Shown here piece by piece: positions 50,478 through 64,000 of a stretch of 64,000 bases of DNA. The notes beneath the pieces were generated by a model. It did no database searches. It had not been told where the DNA came from and worked only from the letters and a program-made list of their open reading frames with translations. The DNA comes from Mustelus asterias (Eukaryota). The position numbers and the translations under genes are program-made. The first letter of the stretch is position 1, and the number at the start of each line of letters is the position of its first letter. Location of the stretch: contig NC_135801.1 in assembly GCF_964213995.1 (NCBI RefSeq), positions 111,848,001-111,912,000 on the forward strand, given 5' to 3'.

Positions 50478-53407
50478 TCTGTTCTGGTGTGAAAACTCAT
50501 CTCTTTGACCAAGCTTTTAATTATCCTTCCTCATGTCTAATTCTTTGGCTCAGCATTCATTGTGTCTGATTATGTTACTGTGAAGCAGCTTGGGATGTTT
50601 TACTATGTTAAAGATACTGTACAAGTGTGAATTGTTGTTTCGTTCAGAAAATGCAACTAACAAGCTTAAAATGGGTCCAAGATGAACAGGCACTTAATGC
50701 ATTTTTAAAATGTTATTTGAAGTCGCTATCTGCAAAGATACCTTTTATCCAAGGTTAAACTTTGGTAAGCATTGCATGAATCTATGGAAGGAAACATCAT
50801 TTTGAATTGATACTTCAATCTGTTCTAGTGAGGTCAAATGGACTATTGAGTGGGACAATCTGTTGTAACCATGTTAGATTGCTGTTCTATACAAAGGTCA
50901 GTTGCCATGAGAATACCAGATTACACTAATGGTTTTAGAAACTCGCTTCTTGCATATTTTCAGAACAAAATTTGATAAAAAGTGGCATTCCTACATACAT
51001 AAACTTAATTACTATCAGACAAACTAGAAGTGGGATGTCAGTGAAATTCAGAAAAAATGAAGAACAAAAGCTATCACAGTAAGTCTACGTGACCGAAGGT
51101 TCAGTATAGTCCGAGGAAGTTGTGCAAATTTCTGCTGATCTATTAGAAGACACTAAAATTCATGCATGTACAATGCTAAGATAGACAATTCAGTGCATGA
51201 TTTGTACATTTTTAAAATAACACACTTTTTGAATAATACGGTTTTGGGGTGGGACAGATTTTTCACTTCCTGCAAAATCAGGTGTCAAAATAGCCCTGAA
51301 TCCAAGCTACCTGTCTGCAAGCAGAATCAGAAAGCTGGGACCATTTTCAATCATGGTTTAGTTTCAATGCAGCCAGGAAGCTGCAGGCATTAAGAAGGTG
51401 CTCCATTACAAGTGTGGTTGTGGATGGGCAGGAGATTGGTCAACCCTGATTTTGACCAGTGGGAAAAAAAATGTTAGTTGTTTGACAGTATATACTCCAA
51501 TCCGCCAAAATGTTAGCTATGCAATGCACATGGGCGATCTGGGTGTATCTAGATAGAAGCGTAAACCAATCTCCACAATAACTTTCAGATAATCAATTTA
51601 ATATAAATGATTTATGGAACTAGCCAGCACAAAGATTGCCTGATAATGAATAGCCTTCTTGTTCAAAAATATTAATATGTTAAATCAGACATATCATCAC
51701 CCATCATAATTATCAATTGTATCAGATATGTTGATGCAGCCAAATTTTGTATTTTTCATCCAAACTTGGGATGAAGTAAGCACTCCTTGCAATCTTGTCA
51801 GTACTGTGAGAGACTGGTTAATAGACTATTAGAGGGAGGATTTAACGTTAAAGTAGATATTGTCATTAATTCTCAGAATCTGTAACTCCCGGATGGATAA
51901 TGACCTGAATCTTGGTTCTTCCAAAAGGTTGTCCTCTTCTTTCTTGACAGTTGCATAGCAAGTTGGGGTTTGGCCAGCATAGAGCCTGATTTTGATGTTC
52001 CAATGCAGGGCAAACACACAACACGCTGGGGGTGGGATTAAAAAGCAGACAGGACCGGATTTCAGGATCCCCCCCACCCCCCCCCCCCCCCCCCCACTAC
52101 CGCCATATATCTCACGTGGTATTTCTAAGGACATGCGAGAAGGGTGCAAGTTTACACAGATAAATTTAAATGATGTTGCTAAGATTTTACGGTTGAGGGA
52201 TTATTTTAAAGGGATTAGATAGTACAGGAGTTACTCATCTGTCTCAATTAAGGAAATTAGGGGGCACCAGTGCCACAATTTCAAGTTGAATAAGGCCAAA
52301 TCCAGGTTATATGTCAGGAGGTGGTACTTTGTGCAGAGAATGATGGATCTCTGGACAGACAACCAACACATGAGCAGACATCAAATTGTTAAATGAGAGC
52401 TTTACCACCTGTTTCTAGCTGGGCAAAAATCACTTCATATAACAGGTAAGTACAGCACAGAATTACCTGAGTGATCTCTTGAACTAGTTTTAGGAGGTTA
52501 AAGAAAAAATTGCTATATTATTTTTCCCAAGCAGGCCTTTATTTTACTCTCCCAGAATATCACCTGATTTTGGTTGGGATAGGAGTGTATATGTTGAGAT
52601 AAACAAAGTTTCACACTGGTGTGGGACAGGCTGGATGGACCAACAGGTCTTTTCCTGTCAGTACACAATCTTGTTAAAAACATAAATCATAATTTTTGTT
52701 TGAAAATGCTGGACTGTGGAGAAGGACAAAGCGAAAAACCATGGAGTCAAATTGACTCAACTAATTTCTAAAACTGACTGCTTCGTGCGTCAGACCCCTA
52801 ATATATTACTGCCTGCCGTGGATCGCAGACAACCTTGTGTACTGATTGTTACTAGGAGCTACTTGTTTGTTGATTGTTCTAGTGCTCACATCATCAACAG
52901 CAACCTGACAAGTTATCAGTTTAATGATACCAGTCTAACACAGATTAAGAATTTAAAATCTGCTGCCGCAGGGACATCTACAATAAACTTTTCAAAGTGC
53001 TCTTAAAGGTCAAGTGGAGAATAGATTTAAGAAGTTGGTGCTCAACAGGGACTCTGGAATAGAACTCCTGCCATTTCATGAACCCAAGCACTCCCCAAGT
53101 CAGGTATAACACAAGCAGATGCAAAATAAAGCTCTTTCCACTCTGTCCCAACAATATACTCAAACTTCAACCTCATAGGAGCAGGCCCAATTACAGCACT
53201 GTGAAATTTCCATTTCCCACACTGGTGGAGGGGTGATTTAATGGGAGTCATGCCGGTAGGCAGGAGAGCCAGCGAGAGCCCCGCATTGCTTCGGTTCAGG
53301 AACGCCCCATTCAGACACACAACGGGCAGCAGTGGGCCTTCCTGGCAATCATGCACCTCAGAGTGGCCAAGAGCTGCCAACCTGAGACCAGCAGCTTTTA
53401 ACAGTAG

Positions 53408-53638
53408 ATAAAGGTAAAGTTGCCATAGTCCCAGATGATCATAAGCTGTTCTTCCCTTTGAAGGGAAGAGCTGACTGGTGGTGATTTGACCTGAAGATCA
53501 CCACACCTCAGGCGAGGGGCAAGGTTGAGAAGGTGGGCCTTCATGAGTAACCTCAGCTGGTATGGGAATTGAACCCACACTGTTGGCATTGCTTTGCATC
53601 ACTAACCAGCCGTCCAGCCAACTGAGCTAACCGACCCT
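53408..53638 (-). mobile_element. tRNA-derived SINE (distinct family)
   Basis: Minus strand: ggttagctcagttggc (box A) ... gggttcaattccc (box B) ... ends in ggcaactttaccttta. Confidence 0.7.
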
Positions 53639-54405
53639 GGGGAGGCAGTGGCTGGTGCCTGTACATCATATACCCATAAATATCATTGCTGGATCCCAGG
53701 CTACAGATGAGTGATGGTGGGAGTGGGTCACAGGGAAGGGGGAAGTGAGTGGGTTCACCAGCAAGGGCAGAGGGTGGATCTCCCTTCCTGATGCTAGGTC
53801 CCTTTATCATGCACTTGGTGCCTTTGAACGAGCGGCCCTGGGAGCTCAAAACCAACTGGAACAGGGTTTTCTTGACATGCTTCCTGCATGGCAAGTTCCC
53901 TGCCCGCCGCTGGGTTACCACAAGCAGCAGCAGGATGAAGCTCATAGTGAGCCTCAATTGGCAGAAAGGTGGGAAGGCCGTCTGCAGGCCTTTCCACCAA
54001 GGACATAATCAAGGTGGAAGTGGGAAGGTGGCAGAGTCCACACACGCCATCCTCCTGCCTGATTAAATGCCACCAAACTCACCATGGGGGAGAGCGTTAA
54101 ATTTCACCCTGGTTAACCTGTAACCTCTCGAGTGAAATTGCCAATTATTACCAAATGAGGGACAGTTTTGTGCGATAAGTCCAAATCCACTAGGGACCAG
54201 ATGAACACTGCCCAAACTCAAATCACTGCCAGCATATAGAGGAGACGGTAATCATATCAGTTAGGACTGGATTTCACCTTGGGTTGTGGAGATGAACGCC
54301 TAGTGCCTGCACCCCAACAAAACCTATTTTATGCAAAAATGTTACTGTCGCTTTCTGTAAAATGTGACAAAGGGCCTTCACAGAAGGAATTTAAGCAATA
54401 CCTAC

Positions 54406-54513
54406 CACATTCTTCCTCATCACTAAAATCATCACAGTCTGGTCGTCGATCACACCTTTTTGATGCCAAGACACATCTCCCTGAGTTGCATTTGAAATGG
54501 CTTGGGGAGCACT
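54406..54513 (-). CDS. CORIN: CORIN LDLR class A repeat 6 exon
   Basis: ttcacag| ... |gtaggt. [35 protein letters not shown]. Confidence 0.95.
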
Positions 54514-55835
54514 CTGTGAACAAAATATTGAATCATTCTGTAAATTCACTTTCACATGGACAATTTTAGATGCAGACAGGCTAATTTTTCAACCCATTCT
54601 TTCACTGCTTCATTACCATTAAATTATTGAGAATTTACTCTTGTGAATTTATAGTTAAAGGGGAAAATATAAACGGTGAAAAGTTATTTATATAAAATCA
54701 ATAATATTGAATAAGACCTACATCTTCCCCAGGTTTATTTGAGGCTACAAGGTATGAGGCTGACTTAATGAATAATTTACAACAGAATTTGGCTTTAAAA
54801 CATTTAAAAGGCTACTGGCTGTTCGCCTACTTCTACGATCATCCCACTGTGCCTTAGCCCATTGATTGCTGAAACTCATGCTTTTGTCAGCTCAGGACTG
54901 AGTGATTGCAATACTGTCCTGTTCAGCCTGAAGTCCTCCACCCTCTATGAACTTCAGCTTATCCATATTCCTCATCCCAAATCCTAACTCACAGCAAGAC
55001 TATTAATCCAGCACCCTGTGCTTGCTAACCTACATGGACTTCCAAATCCCCACAATTTGGAATTCTCACCCTTCTTTTCAAACCCCTTCATGATCATGAC
55101 CTCCAGCCTCGCAACTCTGCCAGAACTCTGTGTTCCTCCAACCTTGCCTCTTCGGCATTTCCTACTCCATTCACCCCACAGCTGCTCTATGTGCCATTAG
55201 CCATATAGAACAAAAGCTCTGGAATTATCCCACTAACCCTCTCCACGGCGCTCGCTTTCCCTTCCAGACCTTTCTTTAAACCTACATTTTTGATGAAGCT
55301 TCAGGTTACTCCTCCTAATGTGTTGTTCTATGGCTCTGATTACTGTGCAGTGCTTTGGATGTTTTAGTTTGTTATACAAATGCAAGTTGTTTGTTCAAAA
55401 GATGCAACCGCCAAGCTGAAGACAAGAGTCTAAGATGAACAATAATTGCGAGTTATTCTTGTTGCTGCAGTAAATATGATGTGAAGTGTCACAAGCTTCA
55501 TTTACAATTGATTGATCCCAGCAAGAGCAAGTATGATTGTATTAGTCAGAGGAAAATCAACAAGGTTTCAAACTTTCAATCCCATACCATGAGGTCCACC
55601 GGAAAGGATAGATGCCACTCAATTATCATCATCTTTATTTGGGCTATAATCTGGCAGTTTGCCTTCCTGCTATGAAACCTGTGTAACTTTCATTCCAATT
55701 TAAATCAATCTGAATTTCCAAAAGGCATTTTATAAGGTGTCATAAAAGTTAACTGTGTGCTGGTGATATAGTAACATGGATATAGGACTGGATAACTCAT
55801 AGGAAACAGGATAAGTCTGTAATTTTCAGGTCTGG

Positions 55836-56057
55836 CACAGTAAGTAGTCTCACAGCACCAGGTTAAAGTCCAACAGGTTTATTTGGTAGCACGAGCTTTC
55901 GGAGCGTTGCCCCTTCATCACCTGCTCCCCTTCATCAAGGGGTGGCGCTCCGAAAGCTTGTGGCTTGTGCTACCAAATAAGCCTGTTGGACTTTAACCTG
56001 GTGTTGTGAGACTTCTTACTGTGCTTACCCCAGTCCAACGCCGGCATCTCCACATCA
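55836..56057 (+). mobile_element. Penelope-like family A palindromic end
   Basis: Inverted arms with two disrupted hammerhead halves in the centre, followed by the tail cttaccccagtccaacgccggcatctccacatca. Confidence 0.8.
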
Positions 56058-56058
56058 C

Positions 56059-56370
56059 AGCATTTATTGCCCATCCCTAGTTGCCTGAGGGTAGTTGAGA
56101 GTCAACCATATTGCTGTGGCTCTGGAGTCACATTTAGGCCAGACCAGGTAAGGACAGCAGATTTCCTTCCCTAAAGGACATTAGTGAGCCAGGTGGGTTT
56201 TTTCGACAAACGACAATGGTTTCATGGTCATCGGTAGATTCTTAATTCCAGAGTTTTTTAAAAATTCGAATTCCACCATCTGCCATGGCAGGATTCGAAC
56301 CCAGGTCCCCAGAACATTAGCTGAGTTTCTGGATTAATAGTCTAAAGATAATACCACTCGGCCATCGTCT
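56059..56370 (-). mobile_element. tRNA-derived SINE with a LINE-derived tail
   Basis: Minus strand: tggccgagtggt (box A), gggttcgaatcc (box B); 3' end ggcaactagggatgggcaataaatgctg matches the LINE end at about 36846-36873. Confidence 0.75.
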
Positions 56371-56374
56371 CCAA

Positions 56375-57375
56375 GAACTAGGGGTCATAGTTTGAGGATA
56401 AGGGGTAAATCTTTTAGAACTGAGGTGAGGAGAAATTTCTTCAGAGGGTGGTGTATGTGTGGAATTCACTACCGCAGAATGTAGTTGAGGCCAAAATGTT
56501 GTCTGATTTCAAGAAGAAATTAGATACAGCTTTAGGGGATAAGGGATCAAGGGATGGGGGGGGGGGGGGAAGGGGGGATCAGGATATTAAATTCGATGAT
56601 CAGCCATGATCAAAATGAATGGCGAAGCAGCTTCAAAAGGCCGAATGGTCAACACCTGATTCTGGTTTCTATGTTTCTTTGTTTCTATATTATTCACATT
56701 GAGAAAGACTGCAGAATGCTGTAGTACAAAGATCTGATTGTCCTGAATCACAGAAAGTGTGCGGGCACAGCAAGTAATGGAAAGCAAAGGGAATGTTGAC
56801 CTTTATTGCAAAGGGGATGGAGTTTAAAATTATGGAAGTCTTGCGACAACTGTACAGGGCAATGGTGAGACTGCACCTGGAATATCATGTACAGCTTTTG
56901 TCTCCTTACTGAAGGAAGGATATAATTGCATTGGAAACAGTTCAAAGAAGGTACACTAGGTTGATCCTTGGGATGAAAGAGTTGGCTTACTGGGAAACCC
57001 TTTGTGCAGATTAAGTCTATACACGTTAGAGTTTAGAAGAATGAGAATTGATCTTATTGAAACATACAAGATTCTGAGTTGGCTTGACAAGGTAAGAAAA
57101 TGTTTGCTCTCAGACAGGAATCTAAAACTAGCAGCACAGTTTAAAAATAAGGGGGCTCCCATTTAAGACAGAAATAAAGAGAAATTCTCTACCTCCGAGG
57201 GTCATTCACCTTTGTAATTCTCTTCTACCGAGAGCTGGGTCATTGAATATATTCAAGGCTGCTTAAGGCAGAGTTAATTGAAAAGAAGGGACAAGCGGGG
57301 GAGTAAATTTACGGCCACAGTTAGATCAGTCATGATCTTATTGAATGTGGGAGCAGGCTCGATGGGCCAGATTAC
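56375..57375 (+). mobile_element. Two adjacent CR1 3' fragments
   Basis: agaactaggggtcatagtttgaggataaggggt...aatttcttc, then ggtgagactgcacctggaatatcatgtacagcttttgtctcc. Confidence 0.7.
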
Positions 57376-57643
57376 TGGGACGAAGACAAAAAATTGCCTC
57401 TCACCATTTAAACTTTCAGATATAGAATGGTCATTTAGGCAAGGCACTGAAGTCAGCTGACACCCAAAGAACGCTATTCTACTTAGAACCAGCTTCTTCA
57501 GGAGAGAAAATGGGCAGAATCATCCCAAAATGGCAGAGTGTTGGATCAGGTGAGAAAAGTGGTGTAAACCTCAGTGGCTTCACAGCTGGTTTTTCTCACC
57601 TGATTTAACAGCACTCAGTAACTGACTTCATTAGTAAGTGTGT

Positions 57644-59524
57644 AGAAGACACACTGTGTACCAAAGAAGCAAATCTGTGTGTTTCCCAGCTGGAAACCAT
57701 GGATGAACAGGGATATCCATTGCTTGCTGAAGTCCAGGTCTGAGGCGTTCAAATCAGGCAACCCTGACCTATACATGAAATCCAGATACGATTGACGGAG
57801 ATCCAGCAGAGATACCAAAAGACAGCACCGGACCAAACTAGAGTCCCAGGCTAGCCGCACAAACACCTATCGACTATGCCAAGGTCTGTAAGACATAATA
57901 ACTACAAGATGAAGGCATGTAAAATCGCCAGCTCCAACGCACCCCTCCCCGATGAGCTCACTGAATTCTATGCTCGTCTTGAGCCAGAGGTCAGCAAGAG
58001 CACACCTTCCGACCCAGAAGCCTCGGCAAACCCATATCCAAGGTCACCATCACAGACGTCAGATCAGCCTTCTTGAAAGTCAACCCACGGAAAGCGACTG
58101 GCCCAGATGCGGTACCCAGATGAGCACTCAGATCCTGCACAGACCAGCTGGTGGAGGTTTTCGCAGACATCGTTAACCGCTCTTTACACCAGTCTGAGGT
58201 CCCTATCTGCTTCAAGAAGATGACCATCATGCCTGTACCAAAGAAAAGCCAGGCAGCATGCCTTAATGACTATCGTCCGGTAGCTCTGACATTCATCATT
58301 AATGAAGTGCTTCAAAAGGTTAGTCATGGCACAAATCAATTCCGGTCTCCCAGATTACCTCCACTACAGTTTACCGATCACCACAACAGGGCTACAGCAG
58401 ACACCATCTCCCTGGCCCTACACTCAACTCTGGGACACCTGGATAACAAAGACTCCTATTTATTGATTACAACTCAACCTTCAACATCATTATTCCTGCA
58501 AAACTCATCTCCAAACTCCACGGCCTGTGGCTCAGCACCTCCCTCGGCAACTGGATCCTAGAATTCCTAACAGACCGCAATCAGTAAGGATAGGCAACAG
58601 CACCTCCTCCACGATCATCCTCAACACCAGTGCCCCACAAGGCTGTTTCCTCAGTCCCCTACTATACTCCTTATGCACCTATGACTGCACGGTAAAATTC
58701 CCCTCCAACTCAATTTTCAAGTTTGCTGACAATACCACGTAGTGGGTCAGATCTCAAACAATGACAAGACAGAGTACAGGAAAGAGATAGAGAATCTGGT
58801 GAACTATTGCGACATCCTTAATCTCTCCCTCAATGTCAGCAAAATGAAGGAGATAGTCATCGATTTCAGGAAGCGTAGTGGGGGACATGCCCCTATCTAT
58901 GCCAATAGGGATGAAGCGGAAATGGTCAAGAGCTTCAAGTTTCTAGGTGTCCAGATCACCAACAACCTGTCCTGGTCCCCCCATGCCAACACTATAGTGA
59001 AGAAAGCCCCCCAACTCCTCTACTTTCTCAGGAGGCTAAGGAAATTTGGCATATCTGCTACAACTCTCAACAACTTTTACAGATGCACCATAGAAAGCAT
59101 TCTTTCTGGTTGTATCAGTTTGGTCTGGCTCCTGCTCTATCCAAGACTGCAAGAAACTACAAAGGGTCTTGAACACGCAAAACACTTCCCACAGCCTCAG
59201 AAAAGCAGCCAGCATAATCAAGGACCCCATGCACCCCGGACATACTCTCCTCTATCTTCTTCTGTCGGGAAAAAGATGCAAAGGTCTGAGGACGCGTGCC
59301 AACCGACTCAAGAACAGCTTCTTCCCTGCTGCCATCAGATATTTGAGTGAATCTACCTCATATTAAGTTGATTTTTCTCTACACCCCAGCTATGACAGTA
59401 ACACTATATTCTGCACCCTCTCTTTTTCTTCTCTATGTACAGTATCTTTGTCTGTATAGTGCACAAGAAACAATACTTTTCACTGCATATTAACACATGT
59501 GACAATAATAGATCAAATCAAATC
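57644..59524 (+). mobile_element. Rex1/Babar-type LINE, 5'-truncated and frameshifted
   Basis: ORF fragments CLNDYRPVALT, APQGCFLSPLLYSL.T.DC, KFADNTT, FLGVQITNNLSW and LKNSFFPAAIR; ends in (atcaa)n. Confidence 0.85.
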
Positions 59525-59936
59525 TGTGCAATGTCAAAATGCTGATGAGGATCACACAGCCAGCTGGAGGGGCGGAGTCTAAACACACCAGCTACAGACA
59601 CCTTTGCACCTTCGCTTTTGAAAACCAGTAGTGATTCATACCGGTGTGACGTTACGCCGTCAGGGAGTAGAATATATCATGAGTGGCCATTATGGTGTCA
59701 AGTCCAGTAATTATAAATTAATATATTAAAATGTATGGAAATCAGGTTCACACCCTATGATCATATCACTGGCAGAGGGTGGGGAAGATCTCATCGGTGT
59801 AATTCCCATTTTTGGGGGCTTGTGAGATTTAGCAGCTATTACAGGATTTGCGTCTGTGGCTCTATCGCGGCCAAGATCTTTCATTTTTGACTGACACTAA
59901 AAGTAGAATTGCAGGTTAATATTATTCAACATTCAC

Positions 59937-60082
59937 CTTCCACATTCTCATCAGGCATCAGACATGTCTTATTGTCAGTGATTTCCCTCGGGAACTGTCT
60001 GCAGTCTGTGTCCTCCGGCCACTGCAATCCAACCATGCTCAGTACCGTCTCACAGTGTTCTTTGGAGTCTTCACATAGGGAT
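59937..60082 (-). CDS. CORIN: CORIN exon encoding the end of Frizzled-like domain 2 (gene continues beyond the window)
   Basis: ttctaataag| ... |gtgaat. SLCEDSKEHCETVLSMVGLQWPEDTDCRQFPREITDNKTCLMPDENVE, equivalent to human GLQWPEDTDCSQFPEE...TCLMPDE. Confidence 0.94.
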
Positions 60083-60547
60083 CTTATTAGAATAATAAAA
60101 CATAAATATTAAAGATTAAGTTAAATGTTATAAAAAGGAAGTATAGTTAATTGCATACAAAATAAGAATGATTTTCTCATGAAAAATAATGGAGGTGATA
60201 TTTAATTAATACCAAATGGGACAATGCATTTTTTTCTTTTGTGATGAGTTGGATATTTTGTTTCAGTTAAAGATTGACCTAGATACTATTTTGATGGACA
60301 ATCATTTAGTTAACCAAGTTTGTTCTGCAACTGTGCAAGTGATGACAGCCCTTCCTTTACTCCATGTCCTTTAGCACTTTTGCTTTTCAACTGAGTATCT
60401 CTATGCCTCAATTGATGGCGAAGAAAATTAAAGGTATATAGAAAAGTATTATAATGGGATCTTCTGGCTTTCAAGCAAATTAATTTTGCTGATACAATAA
60501 CATTAAGTAACTCGAGCCTGCTGCACCATTCAGTAGTTCAAGGTTTG

Positions 60548-60878
60548 GTGGCACGGTGGAACAATGGTTAGCACTGCTGCCTCACTGCGCTAGGGACTCG
60601 GGTTTAATTCCGGCTTCAGGTCACTGTCTGTGTGGAGTTTGCATGTTCTCCCCATATCTGCGTGGGCTTCCTCCGAGTGTGCCGGTTTCCTCCCACACTC
60701 CAAAGATATGCAGGTTAGTTTGATTGGACTTGCTAAAAATTGCCCCTCAGTGTCAGGGGGATTAGCAGGGTAAATATGTGGGGTTACGGGGATAGGGCCT
60801 GAGTGGGATTGTTGTCAGTGCAGGCTTGATGGGCCAAATGGCCTCCTTCTGCACTGTAAAAATTCTATGATTCTATGA
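60548..60878 (+). mobile_element. HE1/V-SINE
   Basis: Full head, V-domain and attctatgattctatg tail. Confidence 0.85.
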
Positions 60879-60956
60879 TGTGATCCAATTATGGCCTCAA
60901 CACTATGCTCTAACCTAACCCCAATAGTCTTTGACACCCTTGTTAGTCAAGAATCT

Positions 60957-60998
60957 GGTGTAGCTAGTGTTAACCTGGTGTTGTTAAACTTCTTACTG
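60957..60998 (+). mobile_element. 42-bp Penelope family A micro-insertion with 12-bp direct repeat
   Basis: ttaacctggtgttgttaaacttcttactg flanked by agtcaagaatct at 60945-60956 and 60999-61010. Confidence 0.75.
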
Positions 60999-63203
60999 AG
61001 TCAAGAATCTATCCAGCTGCCTTAAAATCACTTAATAATCCTCTCAAGGGAAGAGAGAAAACATTTCTCCTCATCTCTATGTTAAATGGGAGATCCCTTA
61101 TTCTTGAACAGTGTCCCTTCATTCCAATTTCTCCCACATGGAAAAAATCCTTTCAGCGTTCACTCTGTGAAGCCACTGCAGAATCTTAAATGTTTCAAAA
61201 GATCACCTTTTAATTTTCTAAACTCCAATGAATAGAGGCCCAAAGCATCCAATCTTCCTCTTAGGATAATCCCTTCATCTCAGGGATCAGTGGAGTGAAC
61301 CTTCTCTGAACTGCTTCTATTGTAATTATGTCACTTCTTTAATAAAGAGACCAAAATTGTACACAATGCACAGTGGTCTCACCAATGCCCTGTACAACTG
61401 TCGTAAGCCATCCCCACTTTTATATTCCATTAAACAATAAATAACAACATTCCATTTGCTTTCCTAATCACTTGCTGCACCTACATACTAACTTCTTCAT
61501 TGATGATTCATGTACCAGGACACCCAGATCTCTCTGTACCTCAGTGTTCCGCAATCTCTCTCCATTTAGATCATACGCTGCTTTTTAATTCTTCCTGCCA
61601 AAGGGGACAAGTTCACTTTCTCCCACATTATATTCGATCTTCCAAATTTTTGCACACTTAACCTATCTATGTCCCTTTGCAGATCCATTATGTCCTCTTT
61701 ACTACTTACTTTCCTACCTTTGTGTCATCTGCAAATTTAGCAACTGTACATTTGGTCCCTTCATCCACATCATTGATACAGATTGTAAATAGTTCAAGTC
61801 CCAGCACTGATCCCTGTGGCACTCCACTCACTACATCTTGCTAACCTGAAAATGATCCATTTATGACTACTCTCTATATCCTGTTAGCTAATGAATCTTC
61901 TATCCATGCTCATATTTATCCTCTACACAGTGAGTTCTTATCTTGTGCAGTTACCTTTGATTTAGCACCTTATCAAATGTCTTCTGGAAATCAAAGTACA
62001 CCACATTCACAGATTTTCCTGTATCTACGCCATTTCCTCAAAGAATTCTAATAAATTAGTCAAGCATGACTTCCCTTTCACAAAACCCTGTAGACTTTGC
62101 ATGATTACATTGGCATTTTCTAAGTACCCAGCTACAGTCTCCTTATTAATAGATTCTGACATTTTCCTTATGACAGATTTTATGCTAACTGACCTGGAGT
62201 CTCCTGCTTTTTGTCTCCCTTCTTTCTGGAATAATGGAGTTACATTCACTATTTTCCAAGCTGGTGTGACACTTCCAGAATCTGGGGAATTTCGGAAAAT
62301 CAAAACAAATGCATCTACTATGTCAACAGCCACTTCTTTTGAGACCCTAGAATGAAGTCCATCATGCCCTGGGGACTTGTCAGCTTTTAATTCGAATAAT
62401 TTTCTCAGTACCTTTTCCCTGATGATTGTAATTATTTTAAGTTTCTCCCTCTCCTTAACTTCTTGATATTTGTGAGATGTTATTTGTACCCTGTAGAATG
62501 AAGATAGATGCAAAATATCTGTTCAATTCATCTGTCATTTCCTTATTTTCCATTATTAATTACCCTGACTCATTTTCTAGAGAACGTTCACTTTACTTAG
62601 TTTTCCATTTTAAATACCTGTAGAAACTCCGACTATATTTTTTATTTCTACCTATCTTTCTCGTGTATGCTAATTTCTTCTGCCATATTATCCGCTGTTG
62701 TTACCAATCTTCTGTTCTGATCCTACTCTTCGCAGAATTGTATGTGTTTCTTGCAATTTGATACTATTTTTAACTTCCTTAGTTAACCAAGGCTGTGCCT
62801 CTTTCTCCAAAGGCCTTTCTTTTTCACTGGAATATATATTTGCTGAGTATTAGGAAACATCTCCTTAAATGTCTGCCACCACATTTCTATTGGCCTATTT
62901 CTTAACCTAATTTCCCAATCTTCAAAATCTCATAATTGACCCTATTTAACTTTAAAAAACTATCTTCGACCCATTCTTCTCTCCCTCAAATTGAAAATGA
63001 AATATCATGTTATGATCACTGCCACCTAGAGGCTATACCGTGAATTAATTAATTAATTCTGTTAGTCTCATTGTACCAGATCCAGAATAACCTGTTCTCT
63101 AGTTGGCTGTAGAATGCGTTGGTCTGAGAAGCCATCCCAAATGCACTTCGTAAACTCACCTTCCAGGCTACCCTTTCCAATCTGATTCATTCAATCTATA
63201 TCA

Positions 63204-63523
63204 TTGAGTCTGCACCGCCTCTCTGACAGAGTACCTTACCCAGGCTCACAGCCCCGCTCCCCCACCCTATCCCCATAATCCTGCATATTTACCCCACTAA
63301 TCCCCCTAACCTGCACACCTTGGGACACTAAGGGGCAATTTAGCATGGCCAATCCACCTAACCTGCATATCTTTGGGCTGTGGGAGGAAACCGGAGCACC
63401 TGGAGGAAACCCACGCAGATACGGGGAGAATGTGCAAATTCCACACAGACAATCATCCAAGGCCAGAATCAAACCCGGGTCCCTGGCGCTGAGAGACAGC
63501 AGTGCTAACCACTATGCCACTGT
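63204..63523 (-). mobile_element. HE1/V-SINE nested in a CR1 relic
   Basis: Reverse-complement head and body. Confidence 0.8.
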
Positions 63524-64000
63524 ATATTAAAATCACATATGATTATCGCCAAACCTTGTCACAAGTCCACATTATTCCTTTCTGTAGACCTCATCCTACA
63601 GTGTGGTTATTGTTAGGGGTTTATAAGCCAGTCCAAAATGTGAGTACTGTTTCTCATCTCTACCCAAAACTGATTCCGTATTTGATATTTAGAACTAAGG
63701 TCACCCCCAGTGTACCAATGGCATTCTTAATTAACAGAGACCTCAACCTTTTCCTATCTTTCTGTCCTTCAGAAATGTCATGTACCCTTGAATATTCAGA
63801 TCCCAACCACTGTCATCATGAAGCCATGTCTCTATAATGACTATCAGATCATACATATTTATTTCTATTTGCACTCTCAATTCATCCATTTTATTATCAA
63901 TGCCATATGCACTTAGTTACAGAGCTGTTAATCATGTCCTTTTACCATTTGTGCAATTTCTAGCCTTATGTGCTGGCCCACTCTTAAGTTTGTATGTTCT

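Larger units (their letters stand above)
60880..63960 (-). mobile_element. Old CR1 LINE relic (about 3 kb, SINE-interrupted)
   Basis: DKSPGHDGLHSRV.KEVA...[18 protein letters not shown] (62025-62513); gagtgccacagggatcagtgctggga on the minus strand at about 61800. Confidence 0.85.

Overview
Repeat-rich vertebrate genomic DNA, most likely from a shark (inferred from the HE1/V-SINE, CR1, Rex1/Babar and Penelope repeats). Two genes converge tail to tail, as at the human ATP10D-CORIN locus. The last two coding exons of ATP10D (P4-ATPase flippase) lie on + (116-303, 2080-2629). The last 11 coding exons of CORIN lie on - (60082 down to 15439; end of Frizzled-2, LDLR6-8, SRCR and the trypsin-like protease domain). 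I joined the CORIN exons by hand: all introns are GT-AG, the frame is continuous (1540 nt) and the catalytic triad is intact. Most of the supplied ORFs are LINE/SINE debris or antisense noise. The most unusual structures are in the last CORIN intron. (i) A 123-bp near-perfect copy of the catalytic-Ser part of the final exon sits inside a Rex1 LINE. (ii) A 615-bp, about 99% identical inverted duplication is fused to a hammerhead-bearing Penelope 3' end and bracketed by an apparent 8-bp target-site duplication. Several other palindromic Penelope ends with minimal hammerhead motifs, and a 1.1-kb TIR element with a G-rich tandem core, also occur. I see no evidence for a new protein-coding system. 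Repeat family names come from recognition, not a database search, and repeat boundaries are approximate.
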